A DNA stretch of 34,421 bases, from the NCBI GenBank assembly GCA_902783925.1, contig CACZSV010000150.1:1-34421 (forward strand). Reading direction: 5' to 3'. This document shows positions 1 through 8,821 of the stretch, in pieces; within the stretch, counting starts at the first letter, position 1, and each line of letters opens with the position of its first letter. This stretch comes from an uncultured Coriobacteriaceae bacterium (GTDB lineage: Bacteria; Actinomycetota; Coriobacteriia; Coriobacteriales; QAMH01). Position numbers and translations under genes: made by a program. The notes under the pieces are model-generated. The model was not told where the DNA came from, did no database searches, and was given only the letters and a program-made list of their open reading frames with translations.

Positions 1-54
1 AGCGAGCGCACGCGCGTTCGGCGCCATCCCTGAAACGCTGGCGCCCTCCGGCAT
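1..54 (-). CDS. possible 5' end of purH (AICAR transformylase/IMP cyclohydrolase), running off the left edge
   Basis: Minus-strand ATGs at 54 and 27 are in frame and read ...MAPNARALA up to the window edge. PurH N-termini usually contain RRAL(I/V)SV, and the position downstream of purM-purN fits. Only 9-18 codons are visible and there is no clear SD. Confidence 0.25.
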   Translation of the reverse strand, partial: MPEGASVSGMAPNARALA

Positions 55-102
55 AACGGAGCGATCAGCGAGCGCATGAGCGGGCGCGCCGCCCCAGCGA
101 AA

Positions 103-681
103 TCACCCGCAAACGATATTGCCATGCGCGAGCTGCTGAAGCACTTTGGGATAGTATTCATGCTCGGCAGCATGGATTCTGGTCTCGAGCTCATCGACCG
201 TCTCGCCTGGCACAATGGGAACCTCATGCTGGAAAATGATGGGGCCCTTGTCGTACTCCTCGTTTGCAAAATGTATGGTAATACCCGTGACCTCGTCACC
301 AGCATCGAACGCATCTTGGATCGCATGTGCTCCACGATGTTTGGGCAGCAACGCCGGGTGAAGGTTTACCACGCGGTTTGGAAATGTCTCGAGCAACACA
401 GGAGTGACTTTTCGCATGTACCCCGCCATCACAACATAGTCAATGCCGCGGGCCTGCAGCTCACTTACCAGCCTTGCATCGACTGCCTCTGGATTAGCGT
501 AATCCGCAATCTCGAACACCAGCGTGTCAAGCCCTTCCTCTTGGGCGCGCTTAATGCCCTTTGCCTTCGAATTAGATGAAACGACCAGTTCGATGCTCGC
601 GTCGAGCTCCCCCGCCTTTATCGCATTGATGATTGCGACCATATTGGTGCCCGTACCCGAGATGAAAATAGCAATACGCAT
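103..681 (-). CDS. purN: phosphoribosylglycinamide formyltransferase (GAR transformylase)
   Basis: MRIAIFISGTGTNMVAIINA..., NLHPALLPKHRGAHAIQDAFDAG and GITIHFANEEYDKGPII are classic PurN motifs. Start trimmed from 810 to the ATG at 681; an ATG at 717 is an alternative. Lies directly downstream of purM. Confidence 0.9.
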   Translation of the reverse strand: MRIAIFISGTGTNMVAIINAIKAGELDASIELVVSSNSKAKGIKRAQEEGLDTLVFEIADYANPEAVDARLVSELQARGIDYVVMAGYMRKVTPVLLETFPNRVVNLHPALLPKHRGAHAIQDAFDAGDEVTGITIHFANEEYDKGPIIFQHEVPIVPGETVDELETRIHAAEHEYYPKVLQQLAHGNIVCG

Positions 682-709
682 GGGGACTGCAGGCTTATAA
701 GCTTGGCGA

Positions 710-1759
710 TCAGTCATGGTACACAACCTTTCCGCTGCCTTCGACAATTGTGCCAATCTCGAAGACGTTTTCACCGTTTTGCTCGAGCAGGGCCTTTGCA
801 TCCTCTGCAAGATCGGGCGGGCAAATCACGCACATGCCCACGCCCATATTGAAGGTTTTGAGCGCCTCTTCTTGAGAAAGACCAGCTTGCTCGACAACAT
901 AATCGATGATTGGCGGGCAGCTCCAGCTGCCAAGCTTTATGCTCGCGTCGAGCATTTGAGGTAAAGCCCGGTTGAGATTTTCTGTTATGCCGCCGCCGGT
1001 AATATGGGCAACGGCGTGCACTTGAGGACATGCACGAATAAGTGCAAGGATCGACTTGACGTAGATACGCGTGGGAGCGAGCAGCGCCTCGAGGATAGAT
1101 GCACCCCCGAGCTTCGCACGCGGTGCTTGCAAATCTTCCAAGCTCTGCTTCTCTGTTACGCTGCGCCGGACAAGCGAAAACCCATTGGAATGGACACCCG
1201 TCGAGGCGCATCCAAGCACGATGTCCCCCGCTTGCACGCTCGCCGAATCGAGCATCTTCGGCCTGTCGACAACGCCAACGCAAAAACCGGACAAATCATA
1301 ATCATCCGGGTCCATGACACCAGGGTGCTCCGCCATCTCTCCGCCAATGAGCGCACAGCCCGCCTGGCGGCATCCCTCAGCAATACCGCTGACAATTTGG
1401 GCGACATGGCCGCTTTTTAGCTTGCCGATGGCAACGTAGTCGAGGAAGAACAGTGGCTCGGCGCCACATGCAAGCACGTCGTTTACGCACATAGCAACCA
1501 GGTCTATTCCCACCGTGTCATGCTTGCCCGCCATTTGAGCCAAGGCTAGTTTGGTCCCAACGCCATCGGTGCCACTCACCAGGATGGGATCTTCCATATT
1601 CTTGAACGCGGCGGCCGAGAATAATCCTCCGAAACCGCCGATATCGCCGATGACTTCGGGGCGATAGGTGGACTTGACGCTTGCACGAATTGCGTCGACT
1701 GCGCGAGCACCCTCGTCAATATCGACACCAGCATCTTTGTAGGTTATCTGCTCTGCCAT
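710..1759 (-). CDS. purM: phosphoribosylformylglycinamidine cyclo-ligase (AIR synthetase)
   Basis: 349 aa with MAEQITYKDAGVDIDEG, GGFGGLF, SGTDGVGTKL and HITGGG, the PurM signature. ATG at 1757-1759. Confidence 0.95.
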   Translation of the reverse strand: MAEQITYKDAGVDIDEGARAVDAIRASVKSTYRPEVIGDIGGFGGLFSAAAFKNMEDPILVSGTDGVGTKLALAQMAGKHDTVGIDLVAMCVNDVLACGAEPLFFLDYVAIGKLKSGHVAQIVSGIAEGCRQAGCALIGGEMAEHPGVMDPDDYDLSGFCVGVVDRPKMLDSASVQAGDIVLGCASTGVHSNGFSLVRRSVTEKQSLEDLQAPRAKLGGASILEALLAPTRIYVKSILALIRACPQVHAVAHITGGGITENLNRALPQMLDASIKLGSWSCPPIIDYVVEQAGLSQEEALKTFNMGVGMCVICPPDLAEDAKALLEQNGENVFEIGTIVEGSGKVVYHD

Positions 1760-1889
1760 AGCTGCCCTTTCATATACGCTCGCAGCCCCGAGTCATGCTC
1801 GGGACCACTCCATCACAATGTCTGTTTTGAACAATCATGTTAGACCGCCCAAGAACATACACAAGAGCGGAATCATTGCTGCGCCTCGC

Positions 1890-2603
1890 TTACAGACCCA
1901 GCGCTTTTTTGAGAGCTGCGACGCGCCGACGCGAAACGGGTATCTGCTCTTCTTCGCCGGCAAGCGTTAGCAACAGGGTCCCGCCGCTTACCGGGTCAAC
2001 CTCGTTTACGCACGAAAGGTTGACGAGATAGCGTCTGTGCACACGGAAAAAGCCAAGCGGCTCGAGCTTGGCCTCCAGCTGTGCAAGGGAAACGGTGGAA
2101 AGGTAGCGATCGTTTTCTGTATGAAGATACGAATAATCGTCCTTAGCCATGATGAAGTGAATCTTGCCAGCGGGAATGAGGAGCTTTTTCCCGCCTTTTT
2201 CGACGGGGATGCGCTCATTGGCAGTGGACCGCCCCTGAGAAGAGATAAGCTGCTTGACCTTATTGATGGCAACCATCAAGCGGTCAGTCTCGACCGGTTT
2301 TACGAGGTAGTCAGTCGCATTAACTTCAAACGCCTTGACAGCATGCTCGCTGTACGCCGTAACAAAGATCACGTACGGGGGGTACTTAAGCTTGGTAAGC
2401 GCCTCTGCAAGTTGCAGGCCATCGACACCCGGCATGTTCACGTCGAGGAACATGATGTCAGCGCCGACATCTTTAAGTTTTTCGATTGCCTCGCGGACAT
2501 TTGCCGCCTCTGCGGCTACTTCTACCTGCCCAGTTTCATCGAGCAGAAAACGCAACTCGGAACGTGCTGGTGCTTCGTCGTCAACAATAATTGCCTTGAG
2601 CAT
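1890..2603 (-). CDS. LytTR-family response regulator (REC + LytTR DNA-binding domain)
   Basis: MLKAIIVDDE...DIMFLDVNMPGVDG is a receiver domain. The C-terminal part (KIHFIMAKDDYSYLHT...FFRVHRRYLVNL) is a LytTR domain. Start set to the ATG at 2603, preceded by GAAGGAGAG. Confidence 0.9.
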   Translation of the reverse strand: MLKAIIVDDEAPARSELRFLLDETGQVEVAAEAANVREAIEKLKDVGADIMFLDVNMPGVDGLQLAEALTKLKYPPYVIFVTAYSEHAVKAFEVNATDYLVKPVETDRLMVAINKVKQLISSQGRSTANERIPVEKGGKKLLIPAGKIHFIMAKDDYSYLHTENDRYLSTVSLAQLEAKLEPLGFFRVHRRYLVNLSCVNEVDPVSGGTLLLTLAGEEEQIPVSRRRVAALKKALGL

Positions 2604-2771
2604 AAAGACTCTCCTTCGCGCCGTGCCTTCTGATTCTATCATCAAAAGAAGATACAATCGACTTCATGCGCAGTGCTATGCAAAGCCATTCGAGAACGGT
2701 TAGGTGGAATCCACAATGCAATGCTGATGAAGCGAGCGCAGCTCGTTTCAATTTTACGCAGGGATAAGCCG

Positions 2772-4097
2772 CTAGAGTATTTCTTCGATCTCTTCCTCTT
2801 CGTCGTCGAGTTTTTGGTCGACGAGAGCATCGTAGAGACTCAGATACACGGTGGTTCCCACATCATATTCCGAATCGATATACAAACCAGAAATAGCCCC
2901 GAAATAAGCCTTGAGCCTTGCGTTCACGTTTTTGAGCGCGATGCCCATACCCGTTTGCGAACCGCCCTCGATGAGATTGTCGAGTCGCTCCGGCTCGATC
3001 CCAACGCCATCATCTGCAATCGAGATGATGACGCTGTCGGAGGCGTGGTAGACCTTGACCTCGATGTTCAGCGGGGAACCATCGTCGCGACGTCCATGTC
3101 CAACGGCGTTTTCAACAATCGGCTGCATGACGAACGAGGGTACCTGAAGCAGTTCGAGTCCTGGCTCGACATCTACCTTCATCGTGATGGCATCCTCGCC
3201 AAAACGTGCCCGCTGAAACAGCAGATATCGCTCGGTTTGCTCGATTTCCTTCGAAAGCGGAATCAGATCTTCGGAGTTTTCGAGCAGGCGCCTGTAGTAC
3301 GTGGCAAACTCGCGCAACATCACGCGGGCCTTTGCGGGGTCCGTGCGTGTAATAGCAGCGATGGTGTTGATGGTGTTGAACAGGAAATGAGGATTAATCT
3401 GGGCCTGCAGAGCCTTGAGCTCCATGCGGGCAGCGAGCTCGGTTTGCTGTTGAAGATACGAAAGCGATAGTTGAGTCGAGAGCAGCTGGGCAAAACCCTC
3501 CACAATCGCCTTCTGGTTTTCTCCGAGCTTGCGTGCGGATCGGTAATAGAACTTGATTGTCCCGACGATATGCTTATTGACGATGAGCGGAACGATGATG
3601 CCGGCCTGGAGCTTGTTCGCATCGCCACGAAAGCCAACTTCCCGAGAGCTTTCCATGATGCGCGTCATGCCATCTTCGAGCGTTTCGTGCGTGCTGTCTG
3701 TCTGGATAGGAGAGCCGAGCTCGTGGTTTTCCTTATCGGTTCCGGAAAAGCCAAGTATCTTCTCGCGGTCGGTAATGGCAACAGCATCTGCAACAGTTGC
3801 AGGCAAAAGGAGGTCGCAAACCGATTGTGCGGAATGCGTATCGAGACCCTCGCGCATATAGGTTACCGTCTTTGTGGCCAGGTCAAGCGTTTGGTTAGAT
3901 TGCCGTGCACGGGCGTGATCGGATTCGCCCGCACTGCGCAACGCGTATACCGTAATGACGAGCAAGCCGGAAATCGCAAAAATCGGCACCGCAAGCGGAG
4001 CCGTATCGTGGTAGATGATTCCCATTACCGCCATAATGCCAAAGAGCAAAAAGCTGATGCAGAGCATCACTATGCTCATGATTCTTGTGGTATCCAC
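2772..4097 (-). CDS. LytS/YehU-type sensor histidine kinase (2 TM + GAF-like + His_kinase/HATPase)
   Basis: Hydrophobic N-terminus, ELKALQAQINPHFLFNTINTIAAI (PF06580-type H-box) and a C-terminal GHGRRDDG...DDGVGI...GMGIALKNV ATPase domain. GTG at 4097 or ATG at 4079; both SDs are weak. Confidence 0.85.
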   Translation of the reverse strand: MDTTRIMSIVMLCISFLLFGIMAVMGIIYHDTAPLAVPIFAISGLLVITVYALRSAGESDHARARQSNQTLDLATKTVTYMREGLDTHSAQSVCDLLLPATVADAVAITDREKILGFSGTDKENHELGSPIQTDSTHETLEDGMTRIMESSREVGFRGDANKLQAGIIVPLIVNKHIVGTIKFYYRSARKLGENQKAIVEGFAQLLSTQLSLSYLQQQTELAARMELKALQAQINPHFLFNTINTIAAITRTDPAKARVMLREFATYYRRLLENSEDLIPLSKEIEQTERYLLFQRARFGEDAITMKVDVEPGLELLQVPSFVMQPIVENAVGHGRRDDGSPLNIEVKVYHASDSVIISIADDGVGIEPERLDNLIEGGSQTGMGIALKNVNARLKAYFGAISGLYIDSEYDVGTTVYLSLYDALVDQKLDDEEEEIEEIL

Positions 4098-4108
4098 AAG
4101 AATGCCCG

Positions 4109-5359
4109 CTATTCGCTCTTGATTGCAGAGAAACGACCCGTGAATCCTGCGCTTGTATTCTGCACGACGCGCTCATTGCCAAGCTGCGTGGCCAGCGGAG
4201 AGTTCGACCAGACGCTGCGCACGAGCTCCGGCCATTGATGTTGGAATTCGAAATAGTTAGAACAATTATCGCGCGCGAACTGTCCGGCTTCTTTGATTGC
4301 CTTGGTTCCGATGCGCCAATAATCCCCATGCTCCTGGTGGCCAATGGCACGCAACACGGAGGTCACACGAGCACGCCGGCGAATGGAGGGCTCCAGCCAC
4401 GGGCCGGGGTATGGCTCCAGCGTATTGGGCGTCACCTGCATGAGGTCGATCTGCGTCTTTGCAAATTCAATTTTGCGGACCTCGTAGAACCAGCGATACA
4501 CATCCTGCTCAAAGCGCGTCGACTTCTGAGAACCGCGCGGTGGAAGATGACGCAGGCTCAATTGGTTATCGAACCAGATATCGTTGCCATACATACGCGA
4601 GCTGATGAGGTAGTCCAGATCTTCGCCACGCGCAATCCACGGATCAAAGGCGACCCTGCCATATGCGTCTGCATGCAAGACCATGCAGCCTCCGGAGCAT
4701 ACATTGGAGCGCGTAAGACGCGGTCCTCTAAGCACGCCGTCGATATAATCGTTGAAATCTGCCGACTTGTTCCAGAAACGGTCATACCAGGGCAAGTCCT
4801 CGTTAGCTTTGGGGCTGTCGTAGCTGTCGTAGAAGTATCCTGTTTTGGCCGTGATGATCTGCCCCGAGGGCGTTTTCATTGCTATGCCATAGACGGCTCG
4901 CTCGAGAAAGTCCGAGTTTGCGATGATTTCGTCATCGTCGATAAAGATGACCGTGTCGTGCCCGAATATCGATGCGACGAGAAGCCCCATATTGCGAATG
5001 GCACCATACCCGGTTAGACAAACCGCCTCTTTGTATTCGCCCATACCCATCTGCTCGAAGCGACGGTGAATGATGCGCATCTCGGGCTCGCCGATAACGT
5101 TGATATTCATATCGTAGAAGTGATCTACGATTCCGCGAACACGCTCATAAGCCTGGTTTTCGACACCGGGCTCGGACGCCACAAGCAAAACAACACGATC
5201 AAGACCGACCACTTTTCGCAAAGAGTCAAGACAGCGCGGAAGCTCACCCGTCTGGTCGATAGGGGTCATATGGTCGTACACAACACCACGATTCACCGAA
5301 TACGTGGAGCGGCGACCACACCAATATGTGGGAATCACTACAACTGGATTTAGATTCAT
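4109..5359 (-). CDS. GT-A fold (GT2-like) glycosyltransferase, specificity unknown
   Basis: VVVIPTYW..., GYGAIRNMGLLVA..GHDTVIFIDDDE (DxD region) and ARGEDLDYLISSR (the GT2 ED motif), plus a roughly 130-aa helical C-terminal extension. ATG at 5359 preferred over the TTG at 5368. Its stop lies 12 nt from the kinase start. Confidence 0.6.
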   Translation of the reverse strand: MNLNPVVVIPTYWCGRRSTYSVNRGVVYDHMTPIDQTGELPRCLDSLRKVVGLDRVVLLVASEPGVENQAYERVRGIVDHFYDMNINVIGEPEMRIIHRRFEQMGMGEYKEAVCLTGYGAIRNMGLLVASIFGHDTVIFIDDDEIIANSDFLERAVYGIAMKTPSGQIITAKTGYFYDSYDSPKANEDLPWYDRFWNKSADFNDYIDGVLRGPRLTRSNVCSGGCMVLHADAYGRVAFDPWIARGEDLDYLISSRMYGNDIWFDNQLSLRHLPPRGSQKSTRFEQDVYRWFYEVRKIEFAKTQIDLMQVTPNTLEPYPGPWLEPSIRRRARVTSVLRAIGHQEHGDYWRIGTKAIKEAGQFARDNCSNYFEFQHQWPELVRSVWSNSPLATQLGNERVVQNTSAGFTGRFSAIKSE

Positions 5360-5477
5360 ATGAGTCAAATCTCCTCAAACTCATTGCCAAGGCAATGTTC
5401 TTTAGAGCCTAGCGTCCCTATAGGTTATCACCGATGCCATCATAACGCCCATTCATTTCACATGGGATATATCTTCT

Positions 5478-7415
5478 TTACACAACTTCGAATTGGATGT
5501 CTCTTTCACGCACATCGACGAACGCGAGCCGCACGCGGACTTGCTGGCCAAGACGATACGTTCTCCCGGATTCCTCTCCAACGAGCGTCTGGGTTTTCGC
5601 GTCGAAATGATGGTATTCGCCATGCAGATAATCAAAGCGGACCATTCCCTCGGCCGTATTATCGAGGCGCACGAAGAATCCACGAGACACGACGGCAGAA
5701 ATCGTTCCAATGAAGATGTCTCCTATACGCTGCTCCATATACACGCAGAGCTTAAGCTCCACGCTATCTCGTTCAGCTTCCTCTGCGAGCCGTTCCATCT
5801 TCGAACTATGCTGTGCAAGCCAATCGAGCTGGCCTTCCATAGAAGAAGGGTCTTTGAGAAGACGGTGGACCATGAGGTCTGGATAGCGGCGGATGGGACT
5901 CGTGAAGTGGCAGTAATGCTCGGATGCCAGGCCAAAATGCGGTAGTGCTTGCGTGCTGTAGCGGGCGCGCTCCATCGCCCTGAGCACAACGTAGTTGACC
6001 AGCGCCTCTTCTGGGCGCCCCCGTGCTTGATCAAGCACGTTCTGGAACGCGCGCGGTTCGCCTGCGCCCAGTCCGTTGATTGCATACCCGAGCTCTTTGA
6101 GCGTGGGGAGCAATGCTTCTAGAGAGGCCGCGCTCGGCGCTTCATGAATGCGATAGACCAGGGGATGATGATGCTTGAACATATGCGCGGCGACGGTCTC
6201 GTTCGCAAGAATCATCGCCTCCTCTATCATAGCAGTCGCATCCGTCTTGACACGGATTTCGATGTGCTCCACGGCGCCTGCATCATCGAGCACTGGCTTT
6301 GCTTCGACAGAATCGAAATCGACGGCTCCACGCTGGATGCGTCTGGAGAACAGGAGTTTTGCCAGCTTATCGAATTCGCGCAATTTGTTCTTGTATGGAT
6401 CGTCCGCAGAACCCTCGAGGATTTCCTGCACTTCGCCATAGTTAAAACGCCGATGGCTGCGAATGATGCTGGGAAATATTTCGTAGCGCATCACACGCCC
6501 GGAATTATCCACGTACATGTCACAGGTCATCGTAAGTCTGTCGACACCCGGCTTGAGCGAGCAGACATCGTTGCTGAGAACTTCTGGCAGCATGGGTATA
6601 ACACGATCGACGAGATAGACGCTGCATCCGCGGTCGCGCGCGCAGAGATCAATCGAACTGCCCCATGCGACATACTGCGAGACATCAGCTATATGTACCC
6701 CCAGACGGATGCCATTCTCGAACGCATCGAATGAAATCGCATCGTCGAAATCCTTTGCGTCTACTGGATCGATGGTGAACACGTCTCGTTCGCGTAGGTC
6801 TTTGCGTTGTGAATCTTCCAACGCTGCCTGCACATCGAGTTCGACTCCCTGCGCCTCTTGCAGGGCCTGACTGGAAAACTCGGTCGGGATGCCAAGGTTA
6901 TGAATAACGATGTCCACATCGATGCCGGGGTCATCTGCCTGACCGAGCACTTCCACAATGTGCCCTTGCATAGGAGTGTGACGTTCCGGATATGAAGTGA
7001 TTTTTGCCAAAACGACATCGCCGTCTTTTGCGTCGCCTACTCGGCCCTCCGTCACAAACAGGTCGTGATGCACGCGTGGGTCCTGTGCGACAACAACCGC
7101 AAGCGGGTCGTTTATCTCCAGAATGCCAACAAGATATTCCGTAGCCCGGCTTATCACACGTGAAACACTCGCCAAACGCTTTCCGTTCTGCGAGTTGTCA
7201 GAACGCTGCGGGCGCAGCATGACCAAATCCCCTGGCATGGCTCCGCCCGTGCGCTTGGCGGGGATGTAGAAGCTGCCCTCGTCGGTATCGCAAAATGCAT
7301 ATCCATGCGTGTGGATCTCTATGCGCCCAGTGGGCCCGACCGATGACCTTTGATTGCGATTATGACTTCTGCGGCCTTTGCCGCGCCTGCCGTGGCGAGC
7401 CATCTCTCTTCCCAT
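5478..7415 (-). CDS. rnr: ribonuclease R (RNB-family 3'-5' exoribonuclease with C-terminal S1 domain)
   Basis: Basic N-terminus and an RNB core (TIDPVDAKDFDDAIS, DRVIPMLPE, HFGLASEHYCHFTSPIRRYPDLMVHR). C-terminal S1 domain (GTISAVVSRGFFVRLDNTAEGMV). The ATG at 7403 has the better SD (GGGAAGAGAG) and is an alternative start. Confidence 0.9.
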   Translation of the reverse strand: MGREMARHGRRGKGRRSHNRNQRSSVGPTGRIEIHTHGYAFCDTDEGSFYIPAKRTGGAMPGDLVMLRPQRSDNSQNGKRLASVSRVISRATEYLVGILEINDPLAVVVAQDPRVHHDLFVTEGRVGDAKDGDVVLAKITSYPERHTPMQGHIVEVLGQADDPGIDVDIVIHNLGIPTEFSSQALQEAQGVELDVQAALEDSQRKDLRERDVFTIDPVDAKDFDDAISFDAFENGIRLGVHIADVSQYVAWGSSIDLCARDRGCSVYLVDRVIPMLPEVLSNDVCSLKPGVDRLTMTCDMYVDNSGRVMRYEIFPSIIRSHRRFNYGEVQEILEGSADDPYKNKLREFDKLAKLLFSRRIQRGAVDFDSVEAKPVLDDAGAVEHIEIRVKTDATAMIEEAMILANETVAAHMFKHHHPLVYRIHEAPSAASLEALLPTLKELGYAINGLGAGEPRAFQNVLDQARGRPEEALVNYVVLRAMERARYSTQALPHFGLASEHYCHFTSPIRRYPDLMVHRLLKDPSSMEGQLDWLAQHSSKMERLAEEAERDSVELKLCVYMEQRIGDIFIGTISAVVSRGFFVRLDNTAEGMVRFDYLHGEYHHFDAKTQTLVGEESGRTYRLGQQVRVRLAFVDVRERDIQFEVV

Positions 7416-7427
7416 CCGAGATGTACG

Positions 7428-8252
7428 CTAGTCCTCGTGCGAGGCTTTGTCGAACTCGTCTTTGAAATCTTTGAACATGTGAGAGGCTTTTCCTAATTGG
7501 CGCCCAAACAGATTTGCCGCTTTGTCTACGCCAGTGTATTCGCCACGAGTTGCAGCTTCCTGCTTTTTCTTTTCGCGCTTTGCGACAGATTCATTCGCCC
7601 TGTCCCGAACGGAGCCTATCGCCTCACCCGCTTTGTAGGCTCCTCCGTTTATTGCCTCTCCAGCTTTTTTCCCAGCTTTTTCGGCCGAACGCTTGGTCTT
7701 TGCCCACGCAACTCCGGCCTTCGCGGCGGCACCGCCCGACTCTTCGAGATGCTCCGTCTCGTCTTCGACGACAATGACACCCTGCGAATAACCGCGTATG
7801 CGGCCAGCAGGAATATTGGAACTTCCCAAAATCGTCCTGTTGACGGACCCGCTCGAAATGTCTATGTGATCGATTTCAAAATTCTCTTCACGCAAGGCGA
7901 TATCGCCAATGACGCCGAGCTCCTTGCCGCCCGTAGTGCGAACGGGCATGCCGCTCCATATGATGCATTGGTCAAAATCTATCCCAAGACGCTTACACGC
8001 TGCTGAATCCCACGAATCGGATGTGTCGACAACGCACAAGCCGCCCTCGACAGGCTCAATCCTGTCGAGGGCGACAAAGTGATCTTTACGTTTTACCATG
8101 AGCGCAGCATCAGGCCGCTTGATAACGACACCGACGGCACGCAGTTGCGACGGATGAAAAACGAAGCTGCGGATTCTGCCGAACTTCTTCAGGTTGCCAT
8201 TCCTGCCTGCAACATAGATGCGCATTTTGAGCATGTCATCGGTGGAAAACAT
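7428..8252 (-). CDS. PRC-barrel domain protein (two barrels) with a Lys/Ala/Gly-rich CsbD/YtxH-like tail
   Basis: GMPVRTTGGKELGVIGDIALREENFEIDHIDIS is typical PRC-barrel sequence, and a second copy lies near the N-terminus. The tail has KAG-type repeats (EKAGKKAGEAINGGAYKAGEAIG). Its stop lies 12 nt before the rnr ATG. Confidence 0.6.
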   Translation of the reverse strand: MFSTDDMLKMRIYVAGRNGNLKKFGRIRSFVFHPSQLRAVGVVIKRPDAALMVKRKDHFVALDRIEPVEGGLCVVDTSDSWDSAACKRLGIDFDQCIIWSGMPVRTTGGKELGVIGDIALREENFEIDHIDISSGSVNRTILGSSNIPAGRIRGYSQGVIVVEDETEHLEESGGAAAKAGVAWAKTKRSAEKAGKKAGEAINGGAYKAGEAIGSVRDRANESVAKREKKKQEAATRGEYTGVDKAANLFGRQLGKASHMFKDFKDEFDKASHED

Positions 8253-8285
8253 ACTCGACCAGCACTCTCGCAGAATGAAGTGAGC

Positions 8286-8639
8286 CTATTTGGCAGCTTC
8301 TTCGGGTGCTGCTGATTCTTCTGCGACATCTGCAACATCGGCAGCAACCTCTTGCGCCGCATTGTTGCGCGTAATCTGCTCGGCGATGCGATCGCGGGCC
8401 TCATTAATCTTCTCACGGATATCATCTGCAGCTGCTGCGGAAGCATCTTCGCTTGTGCCGCCAACCTTGCCGCGGACGGAATCTGCAGCCTGTTGGAAAA
8501 TCTGCTCGCCATGAGCAGAGTAGTAATCGACCTTGTCAGCAACAATCTCGCGATTGCGCTCGCCCGAATTCGGGGAGAGCATCAACGCGGCAACAGCGCC
8601 AGCAGCTGCGCCAAAGATGAAGACAAAAGGCTTATTCAT
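8286..8639 (-). CDS. YtxH-like general stress protein (single N-terminal TM helix + helical tail)
   Basis: MNKPFVFIFGAAAGAVAALMLSPNSGERNREIV... matches the YtxH N-terminal pattern (G..G...ALL.AP.SG...R). Start trimmed to the ATG at 8639. Confidence 0.65.
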   Translation of the reverse strand: MNKPFVFIFGAAAGAVAALMLSPNSGERNREIVADKVDYYSAHGEQIFQQAADSVRGKVGGTSEDASAAAADDIREKINEARDRIAEQITRNNAAQEVAADVADVAEESAAPEEAAK

Positions 8640-8821
8640 ATTCGTACACCCTTTCTGAGGACCCGACCATTGCCATGGACAAAAAATCAACGTGCCTAGA
8701 GTACCATCCTGCGCACATGAGCGGGGGCGTAAAACCCTCTTTTTTCGAAAGTGACACTATTTACGATGCTATTTTACAGCCATGCACAAAATGCATTCGG
8801 CAGAAGCGCCCTGACGATGCG

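Noticed and set aside
1760-1889. ZTP (pfl) or purine riboswitch, or a PurR box, upstream of purM. The same was considered for 16788-17028, upstream of purA.
   Set aside because: There is no GGGUCGUGACUGGCG…CCGCCUGGGC-like ZTP core and no purine-riboswitch junction motifs. Only a 6-bp hairpin (CCCGAG/CTCGGG, 1787-1803) and a weak PurBox-like TTTTGAACAAT are present.
2642-2830. 62-aa minus-strand ORF and shorter peptides in the kinase-regulator spacer, considered as an Agr/Com-like signalling peptide because of the LytTR regulator.
   Set aside because: The kinase is LytS/PF06580-type, not the HPK10 peptide-sensing type. The small ORFs lack an SD, a leader/double-glycine motif and a processing-enzyme gene.
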